Shown: piece after piece, positions 46,252 through 55,547 of the stretch
Layout of the letters: every line of letters begins with the position of its first letter
Numbering within the stretch: the stretch's first letter is position 1
DNA from: a virus
Lineage: Duplodnaviria; Caudoviricetes
Reading direction: 5' to 3' (one strand)
DNA: 64,000 bases
IMG/VR virus record: IMGVR_UViG_3300001335_000583
Span: 14,362 to 78,361 of that record
Made by a program: the position numbers and the translations under genes
The notes under the pieces: model-generated
Databases searched by the model: none
What the model saw: the letters and a program-made list of their open reading frames with translations, nothing else
What the model was told of the DNA's origin: nothing

Positions 46252-46869
46252 TTAAGAAAGGCAATCATCAATCATCTCGTCCAGTTCATCTTTTTCATAA
46301 GGAGAATCTATCCCTGGTTCAGAGATATCTCCTTTTAAAACACGACGGATAGGCTCTGTCTGCCGGGAAAAAAGATAATCATCTTCTTCCAATACATCCA
46401 ACAGCATGTCAAGAGCTTTAGCACAATCCCCATCCTTTGCCTGAGGTTCTGCTTCAGGCTCTTCTTCCAGGTTTTCCTCTATAAAGTCTTCCAGTTCCGT
46501 GCTGGATACCTGGGTATAATTACGACCAAAAGTACCCTTGATGGCATCTTCCAAACCTTCATTTTTAATGATGTTGTACAAGGCCTTGCGAGAAGTCATC
46601 CCGGAACGAATCTTCTTGTTAGTGGTTGAAAGAACAAACACCAGTTCGTTGGTGATACTTCCCTTGTAAGGGATATTGGTAGGGAGAATGGAATCATCCC
46701 TTTTCAGGTCTGTTTTAGACACACCTTCGTAAAAATCCATATCGGTGTAATCAATTCCCTGTGCATCCAGATCAGCTTTAAGTTCTCCCAAGGTAACAGC
46801 TGAAGACATGATCACCTTTTTGGCTTGTGCGTTTGTGGTTAAAACCACGGTAATTTTACGAGCTTCCAT
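46252..46869 (-). CDS. Ubiquitin-like (beta-grasp) protein fused to a C-terminal helical/acidic domain
   Basis: RKITVVL / KKVIMS / TLGELKADL / MDFYEG / ELVFVLS strand-helix pattern ending KKIRSG (Gly90), then a 115-aa extension. Confidence 0.6.
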   Translation of the reverse strand: MEARKITVVLTTNAQAKKVIMSSAVTLGELKADLDAQGIDYTDMDFYEGVSKTDLKRDDSILPTNIPYKGSITNELVFVLSTTNKKIRSGMTSRKALYNIIKNEGLEDAIKGTFGRNYTQVSSTELEDFIEENLEEEPEAEPQAKDGDCAKALDMLLDVLEEDDYLFSRQTEPIRRVLKGDISEPGIDSPYEKDELDEMIDDCLS

Positions 46870-46883
46870 AATTTTTTCTATTT

Positions 46884-47918
46884 TTAAAATGAATTATTGA
46901 TTTGTTTCTCTTTAATAAGGTGAGAAATAACCTTTTTTACTTTCTCTCTGTTAAAATTCTTACATAGATCTGAAGGATCTTTTGACTGGTACTCTTCCGG
47001 AATCTCTATCTGAATTAATCCAAACTCTATTGCCATTCCTTCTGCCAGTAATCTTCCATAATTGATGTCTGAATTAAAGTCGTTATCATACAGTACAAAT
47101 ACATTTTTAAAACGATCCTTTAATTCTTGTACCACATGTTGTTTAGGTAAGTAACTTTCTGCCTGTAGAGAGCAACTGGGTATGCCTGTATTCTCCCAGA
47201 CACACAAGGCATCTTTTCTGGAAGAGGCTATAACCAGGTTTTCTCCACTTTTAGGAAGTTGTTCCCATAGATCCCACACGCTGGAATCGTGTTTATTAGA
47301 CCATTTAAAAGTAGTGTTGAAAGGTTGATAAATTTTCAAAGTTGTATTATCATCCTTGTGTTCTACATACACATAAGCATGCCTGTCTGCAGGTATAATA
47401 AACTCTCTCCCCCGTTTTTTCACGATAACATGTGAAATAGCATGCACGTTTCCAAACTTTAACCAGGGAATAGAGATACCATACTCTTCCCAGTAAGCCA
47501 GGTCATGGGCTCTCCAGGGTCTTACCTTGACTTGTAGATCTACCTGCGAAGAGTAAACCTTTTTGTTTTGCCTGTATTGTGGTTTTTTAGTAAAAGTTGT
47601 TTCAGCTCCTGTTGAATTGGCAATCTTAAGGAGGTCTGCTGTTAGCCTCTCTACCACACTGGTAAAGGGTATCCCCCATAAGGCAGATAAAAGATCCATA
47701 GTACCACCAGATTCCCTGGTCCTGAAATCCCTGTAATGTAACTTTATCCCGTTGTTAGAGTAAATCCCGAAAGAGGGTTTTACATCTTTTCGCAAGGGAG
47801 AATTAATCAGGCAGGGGATGGTGTTAATTTCTAAGTAGTAAGCGAGTATTTGAAACTCACTTACTACATTGAGAATATCTTCCAGGGTAGTGCTACTATT
47901 GCCTTTACTAAAACCCAT
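46884..47918 (-). CDS. dnaG: DNA primase (DnaG-like)
   Basis: CLINSPLRKD.KPSF, YRDF, TOPRIM VLYDND. Confidence 0.8.
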   Translation of the reverse strand: MGFSKGNSSTTLEDILNVVSEFQILAYYLEINTIPCLINSPLRKDVKPSFGIYSNNGIKLHYRDFRTRESGGTMDLLSALWGIPFTSVVERLTADLLKIANSTGAETTFTKKPQYRQNKKVYSSQVDLQVKVRPWRAHDLAYWEEYGISIPWLKFGNVHAISHVIVKKRGREFIIPADRHAYVYVEHKDDNTTLKIYQPFNTTFKWSNKHDSSVWDLWEQLPKSGENLVIASSRKDALCVWENTGIPSCSLQAESYLPKQHVVQELKDRFKNVFVLYDNDFNSDINYGRLLAEGMAIEFGLIQIEIPEEYQSKDPSDLCKNFNREKVKKVISHLIKEKQINNSF

Positions 47919-47920
47919 GA

Positions 47921-48841
47921 TTAAGCTTTAAACCACTCGTCTGTAGCAGGAGCTGACGTAGCTGTTGCATCTTCCTTGGCAAACTCCGTGGGAGTTAAGG
48001 AAAACTCTTTCAATGGTTCTACACTAAACGTGGTGTGGCTGTAACCACCATTACTTTGTCTGTCCTTGATCTCTGCATCAATCTTGCTAAAATCACTGGT
48101 GTAATTTTTCAAAATTCTCTGCGTGTAGACATCCTGGTACATCTTGTTGTTCTCAGCAGTTTTCACGCCAAATACAACTTTAACCCTGTTGTTGGGCTGC
48201 AGGGTTACAACACTTTTCAACTCGCTGATGTCTCCATCAAAATAAGAGGCAACTCTATCCAGGCGAGCTTCTGCATCTGCAGGATTCTCGATAGTAATAA
48301 TTTCTCCTGTTTTGGAGTTCTTGTACTGACGTGCCGGAACATTCAGGTAAGCTTTCAAAAAGCCTGTCAACTCTTCTTCTCCAATGTAAGCAGGTCTGTA
48401 GTCTGCATCAATGTTGGCAGGGCCAGAAGCATACTGGGGGATTGTCTTATTTTTAGCCTCTTCAATAGTAGGCCAGGCACATTCCCCGTACTTGTCAATA
48501 ACCTGAACTTTGGTTTTATTCTTGTTGAAACGGTACTCCTTTTTAAGGAAAAAGGAAATCTTGCTGGTCATGTCAATCCCGTTGTTTTTTTCAGGATCAG
48601 TATGAACAATAAAATCCAACCGTATTTGAGGTTTTTCTTCCTCACCTACCTTACCTACTCCGAGGTATTCAGGTTCTTTGTCCAGAGTAGTGCCATACAG
48701 CTTTTCCAGCTCTGCCTTTGAGGGATTAACAGCCAATACTCCCACGGAAGCTACGCCGATATACCTCCTCATCGCCGCACCTTCTGTTGTTTCTGAACCA
48801 CTGGCAAAAGCCATGTACACTTTACTACTTGTTTTACTCAT
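47921..48841 (-). CDS. Putative single-stranded DNA-binding protein (crAss-type)
   Basis: YIGVASV.VLAVNP...EL, VQVIDKYG..AW; acidic/aromatic C-tail ATDEWFKA; located next to primase. Confidence 0.5.
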   Translation of the reverse strand: MSKTSSKVYMAFASGSETTEGAAMRRYIGVASVGVLAVNPSKAELEKLYGTTLDKEPEYLGVGKVGEEEKPQIRLDFIVHTDPEKNNGIDMTSKISFFLKKEYRFNKNKTKVQVIDKYGECAWPTIEEAKNKTIPQYASGPANIDADYRPAYIGEEELTGFLKAYLNVPARQYKNSKTGEIITIENPADAEARLDRVASYFDGDISELKSVVTLQPNNRVKVVFGVKTAENNKMYQDVYTQRILKNYTSDFSKIDAEIKDRQSNGGYSHTTFSVEPLKEFSLTPTEFAKEDATATSAPATDEWFKA

Positions 48842-48906
48842 AACAAAATGAATTAATAAATTAATTAAATAAAAACGTTTTTATAAACAATTTGAGAATG
48901 AACTTC

Positions 48907-49224
48907 TTACACCCAAGGGGTTGACTCTTCTGCTTCTACTTCATTAAACAGTTCTTCAGGTATTTCTTCTGAAGCCTCTGCCAGTATGCCTTCTTCTTGT
49001 GTTTCTACTTCAGCAGGATTAGTACCATAAAGTACTTCCTTATAAGAACCTCCCGCGTAAGTATCCATTACTTCCGCGATCTTCTTGTACTGACCTTCTA
49101 TCTCTTTTCTCTCCGAGATGATTTTTTCCAACTTCTCATCAATCTTGTGCAACTTGTTGACTAAAGGATGTAAGCTTTTTTCCATCCTTTTCAAAGCGGC
49201 TATCTCCATTCTTCCTAAACTCAT
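48907..49224 (-). CDS. Hypothetical coiled-coil/acidic protein
   Basis: 105-aa ORF. Confidence 0.6.
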   Translation of the reverse strand: MSLGRMEIAALKRMEKSLHPLVNKLHKIDEKLEKIISERKEIEGQYKKIAEVMDTYAGGSYKEVLYGTNPAEVETQEEGILAEASEEIPEELFNEVEAEESTPWV

Positions 49225-49235
49225 AATTTCAATTT

Positions 49236-49517
49236 TTAAAAGATTTTTACTATTTGATTATTCTCTAAATTCGTGATATACTGAACCTCATACTCCCTGC
49301 TCTTTTCCTGTAAAATAAAATTAAAGACTTGATGTATATCCTGTACGGCAGAAGCCCCAGGTAGCACGCTTAATTGAATAAGGGCTTGTGCGAATTTTTC
49401 AGATAAAGATCTTTCCTTACCTTTTTCTACACAGAATTCTACTATTTCTTTGGCTTTTATTTCTAAAGGAATCTGGTTGGGATGTATTAAGTAATGGATT
49501 AGATCACTCTTCTCCAT
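49236..49517 (-). CDS. Hypothetical protein
   Basis: 93-aa ORF. Confidence 0.6.
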   Translation of the reverse strand: MEKSDLIHYLIHPNQIPLEIKAKEIVEFCVEKGKERSLSEKFAQALIQLSVLPGASAVQDIHQVFNFILQEKSREYEVQYITNLENNQIVKIF

Positions 49518-50220
49518 TATAATAGGCCATGGCTTTTTCCACGATCAACCCCAAATCATTTGGAATATACAGGCTGTCAAACATTCCTACCGGGGTTTTG
49601 GCAGGAAATTGCCCGTCATCATTGGTTACAAACTGCCTGATGGATTTTTTCTCACTCTCGTTAAAAGAAGATTTCCCGAAGAATACAATCTCGAATTTTC
49701 CCTCTGGACAAATGTATTGATCTACCATGTTTCCTGTCGATTTGTATCTGTAAGAGATGGAATCTCCATTTTTATCCTTGTACTCTTCGTAATGAGCCAT
49801 GCAGATGATGACTTTATTTTCAGGCATGTCATCAATGGCATCAAAGATAAGGCCCATGCCATAACCAATCTGTTTGGGTGTGTCCCACCCCCCTTTCATG
49901 GCATTCTTCATGTAAAAATCCTGGCTGATGTAGTTCAGATCATCTACTACAATGGTTTTGTAGGGGGATTGTCCAATCATCCTGATTGCTTCTGCTACTT
50001 CTTTGGCATCTTTTGTAATCAACCTGTTACCCTTGGTAATCTCTTTAAAGGTAGTAGAAACATACTTCTTGGCAGCTCCCCTAAAAGGAAGAGGCTTGTT
50101 GACACAACTGATCAAGTAAGTCTCCTTGGGATCAAGCCCTTTAATCTTCAACTCGGAAATTTCTCCCAACGAGGTAGACTTACCAAAACCTGACTTTGCT
50201 AATACTAAAATTTTAGCCAT
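49504..50220 (-). CDS. AAA-family ATPase (Sak4 / AAA_24-like)
   Basis: LAKSGFGKST, NKPLPF, IVVDD, KTPVGMF. Confidence 0.8.
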   Translation of the reverse strand: MAKILVLAKSGFGKSTSLGEISELKIKGLDPKETYLISCVNKPLPFRGAAKKYVSTTFKEITKGNRLITKDAKEVAEAIRMIGQSPYKTIVVDDLNYISQDFYMKNAMKGGWDTPKQIGYGMGLIFDAIDDMPENKVIICMAHYEEYKDKNGDSISYRYKSTGNMVDQYICPEGKFEIVFFGKSSFNESEKKSIRQFVTNDDGQFPAKTPVGMFDSLYIPNDLGLIVEKAMAYYNGEE

Positions 50221-51421
50221 ACTGTCTTTTAAATTTTAAAAGTTTCATTAATTTATTCTTAATACCACGGGCTTTTTTGATACTATAGATGAAAAATAGT
50301 CTTCCACCATTTCTAACTCTATCCAGCATCTTATAAGCCACATCCATACTTTCCCTGTCATTGGGCAGGGGTAACTCACGAAAGTAATTCACAGCCCCAT
50401 CAAAGAATAAGGGGCATACACTTCCCCCTCCTCCTTCCCTGCCTGCTATAATCTCCATAAACCTGATGTTATCCTTAAATTTCTGTATATCATAACCTTC
50501 ATACTCCCTGATACTGTGACGATAGGGACTGAAAAGACCCAAAATAACATCTGCATCCCTGGCTATGGTCTTGGCATCTCCAAACCCATCCAGGGTAGGC
50601 TTCAGCTTGTTAAGCTTCATGTTTTCATTGCTTTCCTGGGCCATAGCTTGCTGTATAACTCCTACAAGAATGTATTTGTACTTGTTACGAAGGGTTACGA
50701 AATATTCAGAAGATAACTTGATCATGGCATCCCTGACTGTTTTGCCATTTTCTGATGTTAACAAGGCCAGGTGATCCACTATAATAATAACATACTCGTT
50801 GGGATCATTAGGTTTATAGTAGTCATCTACAACTTCTTGATGCACTTCTCCTGTAATCTTATCTATGATATTGATTGTTTTGGTGTATTGCACCCCGTTG
50901 GCTTTAGCATACTCACGCATGAACTTGTAAATTCCAAAGGGGTTTTTAATGGAATCTATGAAGTCTACATGCGTTTCAAAGTATTTAAAATATTCCGCGT
51001 ACTCGTCACTTTCCAGGATGTCAATAATATCCTGTTCCAAAGGTTTTTCTGCAGATACACTCCTTAAATCTTTGGGACTAACCCTGATCTTTCCCTTGCT
51101 CAATATCCATAACAGGTGAGACATCATCTGTAGCTGTTTTTGCTCCTGACTCATCTCCAGGGTAAAATAGAATATCCTGACAGACAATTTATCAGAGTTA
51201 TGCATAGCAAACAGGATGGGATTATAGAGAAAGAGGTAATCTGTAATCTGGCTTTTACCCACCTTGGTATTGGCAGTAACTTGGTAATAGTTTTTTTGCT
51301 CTATCCCGGGAAGTTCCTCTTCAAACCTGGGTAAACCCAAGGGAATACAGTTTACGCCCCCTTCCTCTATAATTCTCTTCCAGTTCTTTATACTCTCGAT
51401 AGTTCTTTCATATAAAGCCAT
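50213..51421 (-). CDS. dnaB: Replicative helicase (DnaB-like)
   Basis: TANTKVGKS, FTLEMS, IIVDHL, IQQA, ARDADV.LGLFSP, IIAGREG. Confidence 0.8.
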   Translation of the reverse strand: MALYERTIESIKNWKRIIEEGGVNCIPLGLPRFEEELPGIEQKNYYQVTANTKVGKSQITDYLFLYNPILFAMHNSDKLSVRIFYFTLEMSQEQKQLQMMSHLLWILSKGKIRVSPKDLRSVSAEKPLEQDIIDILESDEYAEYFKYFETHVDFIDSIKNPFGIYKFMREYAKANGVQYTKTINIIDKITGEVHQEVVDDYYKPNDPNEYVIIIVDHLALLTSENGKTVRDAMIKLSSEYFVTLRNKYKYILVGVIQQAMAQESNENMKLNKLKPTLDGFGDAKTIARDADVILGLFSPYRHSIREYEGYDIQKFKDNIRFMEIIAGREGGGGSVCPLFFDGAVNYFRELPLPNDRESMDVAYKMLDRVRNGGRLFFIYSIKKARGIKNKLMKLLKFKRQYG

Positions 51422-51425
51422 ACTC

Positions 51426-52019
51426 TTATCTTAACGTGCTAGTCCAATCCTCACTTAACTCCTCTTCCTGTCCTGCATTTTCCAAGTAATTAGATAGTTC
51501 TGAAGTCTCTATCACTTTTACCGTGCCATCTTCATGTTGCTTCCTCTCATCCTTCCAGATAAAGTATTTTAAAACCCTCATGTAGGAATAGACACCGTTA
51601 AAGCCTGCTACATACTTTTTAGCTGCTTCCAGTATATCTTCTGAAGAGTAAGTATTCCCATACAGTTTAAAGAATTTCTTCAGCCTGAGAGTAATATCCC
51701 TCTTGTTCCCCCTCCAGTATTGAGAGGTGTTATCTTTCTTACCTTTAGGAAACACATCCATTAGTTTTACAGCCAAGTCTTCCACGACATCTTCTGGTAA
51801 ATGGTCTTTATCTGAATCCAATAGGATGTTAGCTACCACATCAGCCCATCGCTGGGTAACAAGCCATTCATTATTAAAGAGAACAAATACTTCCTTCTTA
51901 ACGAGCTCTTTAAATAAATCAGGTATGGCCACTCCTGTTTTTACCAGTAGTATGGCCAGGACTTCCTCTAATTTTAATCCCTGTTTTTTGCATTGTTCTT
52001 CATCAATGGTGTAAATCAT
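51426..52019 (-). CDS. Putative replication initiation / helicase-loader-like protein
   Basis: FPKGKK...YWRGN, YMRVLKYFIWK; sits between the two helicases. Confidence 0.45.
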   Translation of the reverse strand: MIYTIDEEQCKKQGLKLEEVLAILLVKTGVAIPDLFKELVKKEVFVLFNNEWLVTQRWADVVANILLDSDKDHLPEDVVEDLAVKLMDVFPKGKKDNTSQYWRGNKRDITLRLKKFFKLYGNTYSSEDILEAAKKYVAGFNGVYSYMRVLKYFIWKDERKQHEDGTVKVIETSELSNYLENAGQEEELSEDWTSTLR

Positions 52020-53242
52020 ACTGTTAAATCGTTAATGAAATAAATATACTTCTTATCAATCTCTTCCAGGATCTTCTCCAGGTACTCCTCGTCCCTGGTG
52101 TTTTCGTAATAAAAGATATACTGTTTTGGAGAATTAGAACGAAGTGTCCTGCCAAACTTTTGAATAAAGGATTTAACCTGCCCATCCAGTTGAATGATAA
52201 CCCCGGCATCAATATCTGTTAAATTTTGTCCTTCCTGTAGCATACCTACAGCAAACAGGGTATCAATCTTTTTGTCGTTAAATTTTTGGATAATTTCCAG
52301 GGAGTTTTTTTTCTCCGAGTGAATGGCAGTGCCTTTTCCTAGAGATTCAGCTTGTTCTATGCTTGAGCAAAAACAAATATATCTTTTGTCCTGTAATATA
52401 TGCAACAAAGGTAAAACTTTTGAGGTTTTTATATCCCCTAAAAACCGCTTCCTTACACTCCCTGTTTGTAACCATATGTTTTTTAAATATTCCTGTCTGG
52501 TGCGTAGATACTGGTCTTGGAAGTACCTAAACTGTTGAGATAAGTGGTCATATTTTTCTAATTCCGTGCAGGTTACCGTCAGTTTTAAATCTGGATAATT
52601 CGTCTTATCTTTTAAATAATTCCATCGATCTTTATAACTACAGGTGATATATTTCTGATTTCTTTTCAACCCCCTCTCCATGGTAAAAGTTACATCAGGA
52701 ATACTGTTATTTAACTCTAAAGGAATGAGATAAACTTTGGGAACAGGCAGCATGTCATTCTCGATGGCATGTGTTAATTTAATGTTAAATGTATGAAACT
52801 TGCCAAAGATCCTTTCCAGCTCTTCTAAAATATCTCTTTTAAAAGTGGCGGAAAGAATCAATACTTTTTTCGTGATGATACTCTTTAATACATCCAACCT
52901 GATCTCTGTACCACTGTGATGCCCCTCATCTAAAATCAACAGGTCATACCGGGTGTTTTTATAGTTCTTTAAAGAGGCATAGCACTCGATAGTTACATAT
53001 TCCCAGTGCTGCATGGCATCCCATTTTTTAAACTCCTCCAGCCAGTTGTTTTTATGAGCTGTCTCAGCTACAATAAGCAGGATTTTCAAAGGCTCTCCAT
53101 TTACATGAAGGGTTTTGATTATATCAATGGCTGCCTTGCTCTTACCTACTCCTGTAGCCCATTCTAATAAAAGATTAGCATGTTGAGTGGATAATTTGAT
53201 AGCTTTTTCTATTACGTCGTCTCTTTTTATTGTCTTTTTCAT
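52016..53242 (-). CDS. Superfamily 2 helicase (ResIII / SNF2-like)
   Basis: ATGVGKS, ILDEGHH, LSAT, MLQEG.N, QKFGRTLR. Confidence 0.85.
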   Translation of the reverse strand: MKKTIKRDDVIEKAIKLSTQHANLLLEWATGVGKSKAAIDIIKTLHVNGEPLKILLIVAETAHKNNWLEEFKKWDAMQHWEYVTIECYASLKNYKNTRYDLLILDEGHHSGTEIRLDVLKSIITKKVLILSATFKRDILEELERIFGKFHTFNIKLTHAIENDMLPVPKVYLIPLELNNSIPDVTFTMERGLKRNQKYITCSYKDRWNYLKDKTNYPDLKLTVTCTELEKYDHLSQQFRYFQDQYLRTRQEYLKNIWLQTGSVRKRFLGDIKTSKVLPLLHILQDKRYICFCSSIEQAESLGKGTAIHSEKKNSLEIIQKFNDKKIDTLFAVGMLQEGQNLTDIDAGVIIQLDGQVKSFIQKFGRTLRSNSPKQYIFYYENTRDEEYLEKILEEIDKKYIYFINDLTV

Positions 53243-53675
53243 ATCTTTTTACGATGTCTTTTACTTTATAGATGTAATCAGGATCTTCTGCATACCCCAG
53301 GTCTTCCAGAAAATGGTAATAACTGCCTGGGGGTTCATACTTGTATTGTATGTACTTTTTATAAGCTTGGATACTTTCTGTCCAATGGTCAAACTTGTAG
53401 AAATCTCCTTTATAACTATTATATAAGCCAAACAGGTTGTTATATTCCCTGTATATCCTGCTTTTAAAGTGCCCTGTTTCCAGTATAGCCTGGGCATATA
53501 CAATTTCAGGATGTAACACCTCGCAATGCAGCAAGGCATAGAACAGGGCATCTGAAGTGAACTCATCCAGTACCAGGGGAGTTTTAGGTACTTCCGTGGT
53601 TTCTGGTATGATAGTGTTCCCGACAGAAAAAGACAATAGTGTAAAGGTTATCAGTAATAATAGTAGTTTTTTCAT
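53175..53675 (-). CDS. Secreted glucosaminidase (GH73-like peptidoglycan hydrolase)
   Basis: Signal peptide; AQAILETG, NNLFG, GYAEDPDY. Confidence 0.8.
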   Translation of the reverse strand: MKKLLLLLITFTLLSFSVGNTIIPETTEVPKTPLVLDEFTSDALFYALLHCEVLHPEIVYAQAILETGHFKSRIYREYNNLFGLYNSYKGDFYKFDHWTESIQAYKKYIQYKYEPPGSYYHFLEDLGYAEDPDYIYKVKDIVKRYEKDNKKRRRNRKSYQIIHSTC

Positions 53676-53680
53676 TTTTA

Positions 53681-54213
53681 TTATTTTTTGGTTACAACCA
53701 CATATCTGATGTCATTAAATAATCGAGACATGGAGGTTTCTTGAAAATCAGCAGGTCTATTACTAATACAGAGCATGTCTGCCAAATAATTGTCATTTTC
53801 ATGATATTTTTCTTCAGAAATGTGACTATCTATATCCTTCAAAATAGCAGTAAGAGTTCTCCCGGAACTAATAAAATCATCTACAATAATGACTTTATAT
53901 CCATTTGTTAGACAGTCTCTAAATCCTTGCATGTTAGAACCATGTGCGCTTCCCCCTCTTTTCTGGACATAATTATCTTTACTGTATATCCCCATTTGTT
54001 ATAAAGGATATAGGCCACAGTAGCAGCTATAACAGCTTCTGAAGACCCCCTGGCAATTAGACATATTTTAGGAAGTATTACTTCTTTTCCGTACTGTTTA
54101 TGCAGAACTGAGGCAATACTTTCAGCATAAGAATTTACACGTGGAAAGTAAAGTCCTACAGGATAGTAGGGAATAACAGGATCTTTGTAAAATTTATATT
54201 TCCATCTTTTCAT
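53681..54213 (-). pseudogene. Type I phosphoribosyltransferase split by a frameshift
   Basis: N-part LIARGSS..VIAA..AYIL...RKEG. The C-part, in the -1 frame, reads SAHGS...VIIVDDFISSGRT (PRPP loop). The join falls at a G5 run (53952-53956). Confidence 0.7.
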
Positions 54214-54227
54214 TACATACAGATTAA

Positions 54228-54259
54228 AGGGGAGACATCTTTAACAAGACACCTCCCCT
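54228..54259 (-). terminator. Hairpin, possible terminator
   Basis: AGGGGAG...CTCCCCT inverted repeat between genes. Confidence 0.5.
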
Positions 54260-54284
54260 GATCATGAAAAAAGAAATCAATCAA

Positions 54285-54665
54285 TCAATCCGTCAAAATA
54301 TCCAGTTCATACCCTGTACCTTCCAGGTGTTCACAAATTCTCTGGCAATGTAGATGAACACGGGTTATCTCATTTGCTGTATCCCACTGTCTCTTTTTTA
54401 TCCACCTGGGGCATTCAGAGATAAAATGATCATAAGCCTCCTGATTCATGTTAATGATTTGAATCGCGGGAATACTCTCTTTACCATAGTGCAGGATGTT
54501 CTGGGTTTTTACCACTTTCTCACCATCCCCGTTGATAAATTTCTTATTTGGATGTAAATCCCGATTGGTAGTAACTACCCTGAAAATATCGGGTTTATCC
54601 CTTTTTACCAAGACATTACCTTCCAGGTAAACTTTTAATACCATCTTGTTCGCGCTGTTTGCCAT
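54285..54665 (-). CDS. Hypothetical protein
   Basis: Likely start MANSANK (ATG 54665). Confidence 0.6.
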   Translation of the reverse strand: MANSANKMVLKVYLEGNVLVKRDKPDIFRVVTTNRDLHPNKKFINGDGEKVVKTQNILHYGKESIPAIQIINMNQEAYDHFISECPRWIKKRQWDTANEITRVHLHCQRICEHLEGTGYELDILTD

Positions 54666-54845
54666 GATTTTAATTTTTAAAGATTGATTTTTTTGGTTTT
54701 TTCTCTCTTTCAAGTTTGTCCTCTACCTTGGTAGAATACATACTCAACATTACAGCAGGTACTCTGTCTTCGCTGCTGTAGACAAGTTTATACAACTTGC
54801 CTTCAACTTTTTTGATCATACATTTTATGGATTTTAATAAAGATG

Positions 54846-55175
54846 TGGAGGCGAGAGGAGTCGAACCTCTGTACACATAATATTCACGCGTAAACCTTTT
54901 ACATGCTTAGTATATTTGAATTCTTACCAGAATAGGCTAACTGGTTAGTTAGCTCCACCACCCTGTTTTTAAGGAACAGGGAAACCTATAAAACATCACT
55001 ACTATTATGTTCCAAGGTCAGTAGCCAACCTGAGCAAGGATTACGCAGTTAAGCGTACTTCCTGGCTGGGCTGTAAGTTAATTACGTTGCCGGTTAAAAA
55101 TAAGTACAAGGCTCTCCAGCACGTTGCATGAGTTTAATTTGCTACTAATTACGTGGCTAACACCAATGCGCCCCC
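54846..55175 (-). ncRNA. ssrA: tmRNA (330 nt) with tag peptide GNVINLQPSQEVRLTA*
   Basis: 5' GGGGGCG pairs with 3' CGCCTCC-A, giving a G3:U70 wobble. T-arm AGAGG-TTCGACT-CCTCT. Resume context TTTTTAACC-GGC; tag ORF at 55041-55091. Confidence 0.9.
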
Positions 55176-55185
55176 GTAGTAGTAA

Positions 55186-55389
55186 TTAATCCAGCAAATC
55201 ATCTGGATTAATATTGTGTTCTTCCAATAATTGATGAATTTTGTCCCAGGCTGGCTGATAGTCATAGTCGGTATGTTTAAATTCTCTCCAGCCATTATGA
55301 ACCAGCTCCCATATAAACAAGGCCATGTCGGTTGATTTAACCAGTCTTAAAATTTCCTTGGATTCTTTTGATTTAAATATAGCTCTCAT
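55186..55389 (-). CDS. Small hypothetical protein
   Basis: 67-aa ORF with plausible composition. Confidence 0.55.
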   Translation of the reverse strand: MRAIFKSKESKEILRLVKSTDMALFIWELVHNGWREFKHTDYDYQPAWDKIHQLLEEHNINPDDLLD

Positions 55390-55519
55390 TGAGTTTTAAG
55401 TTAATAACATGTGAAATAGAATAGTTAGGACAATGGGGCCATAATAAGCCACAAATGTCCTGACAATAAGTTTGTCTTGTTCAGGCATGATGTAATATTA
55501 AGAAATTGTTAAGTAAAGT

Positions 55520-55547
55520 AAAGACTCCGGATTGCTCCGGAGACTTT
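55520..55547 (-). terminator. GNRA-capped hairpin, probable terminator
   Basis: On the - strand: CTCCGGA-GCAA-TCCGGAG followed by TCTTTACTTTACTT. Confidence 0.6.

Noticed and set aside
48035-50193. 228-aa (48035-48721) and 194-aa (49609-50193) + strand ORFs
   Set aside because: They lie exactly antisense to the SSB-like and ATPase genes, have unnatural composition, and are shadow ORFs.
54274-54292. (AATC)n and similar short tracts (GA run near 63145, CA run near 63727)
   Set aside because: They have only 3-5 units, are intergenic, and are expected by chance in AT-rich DNA.
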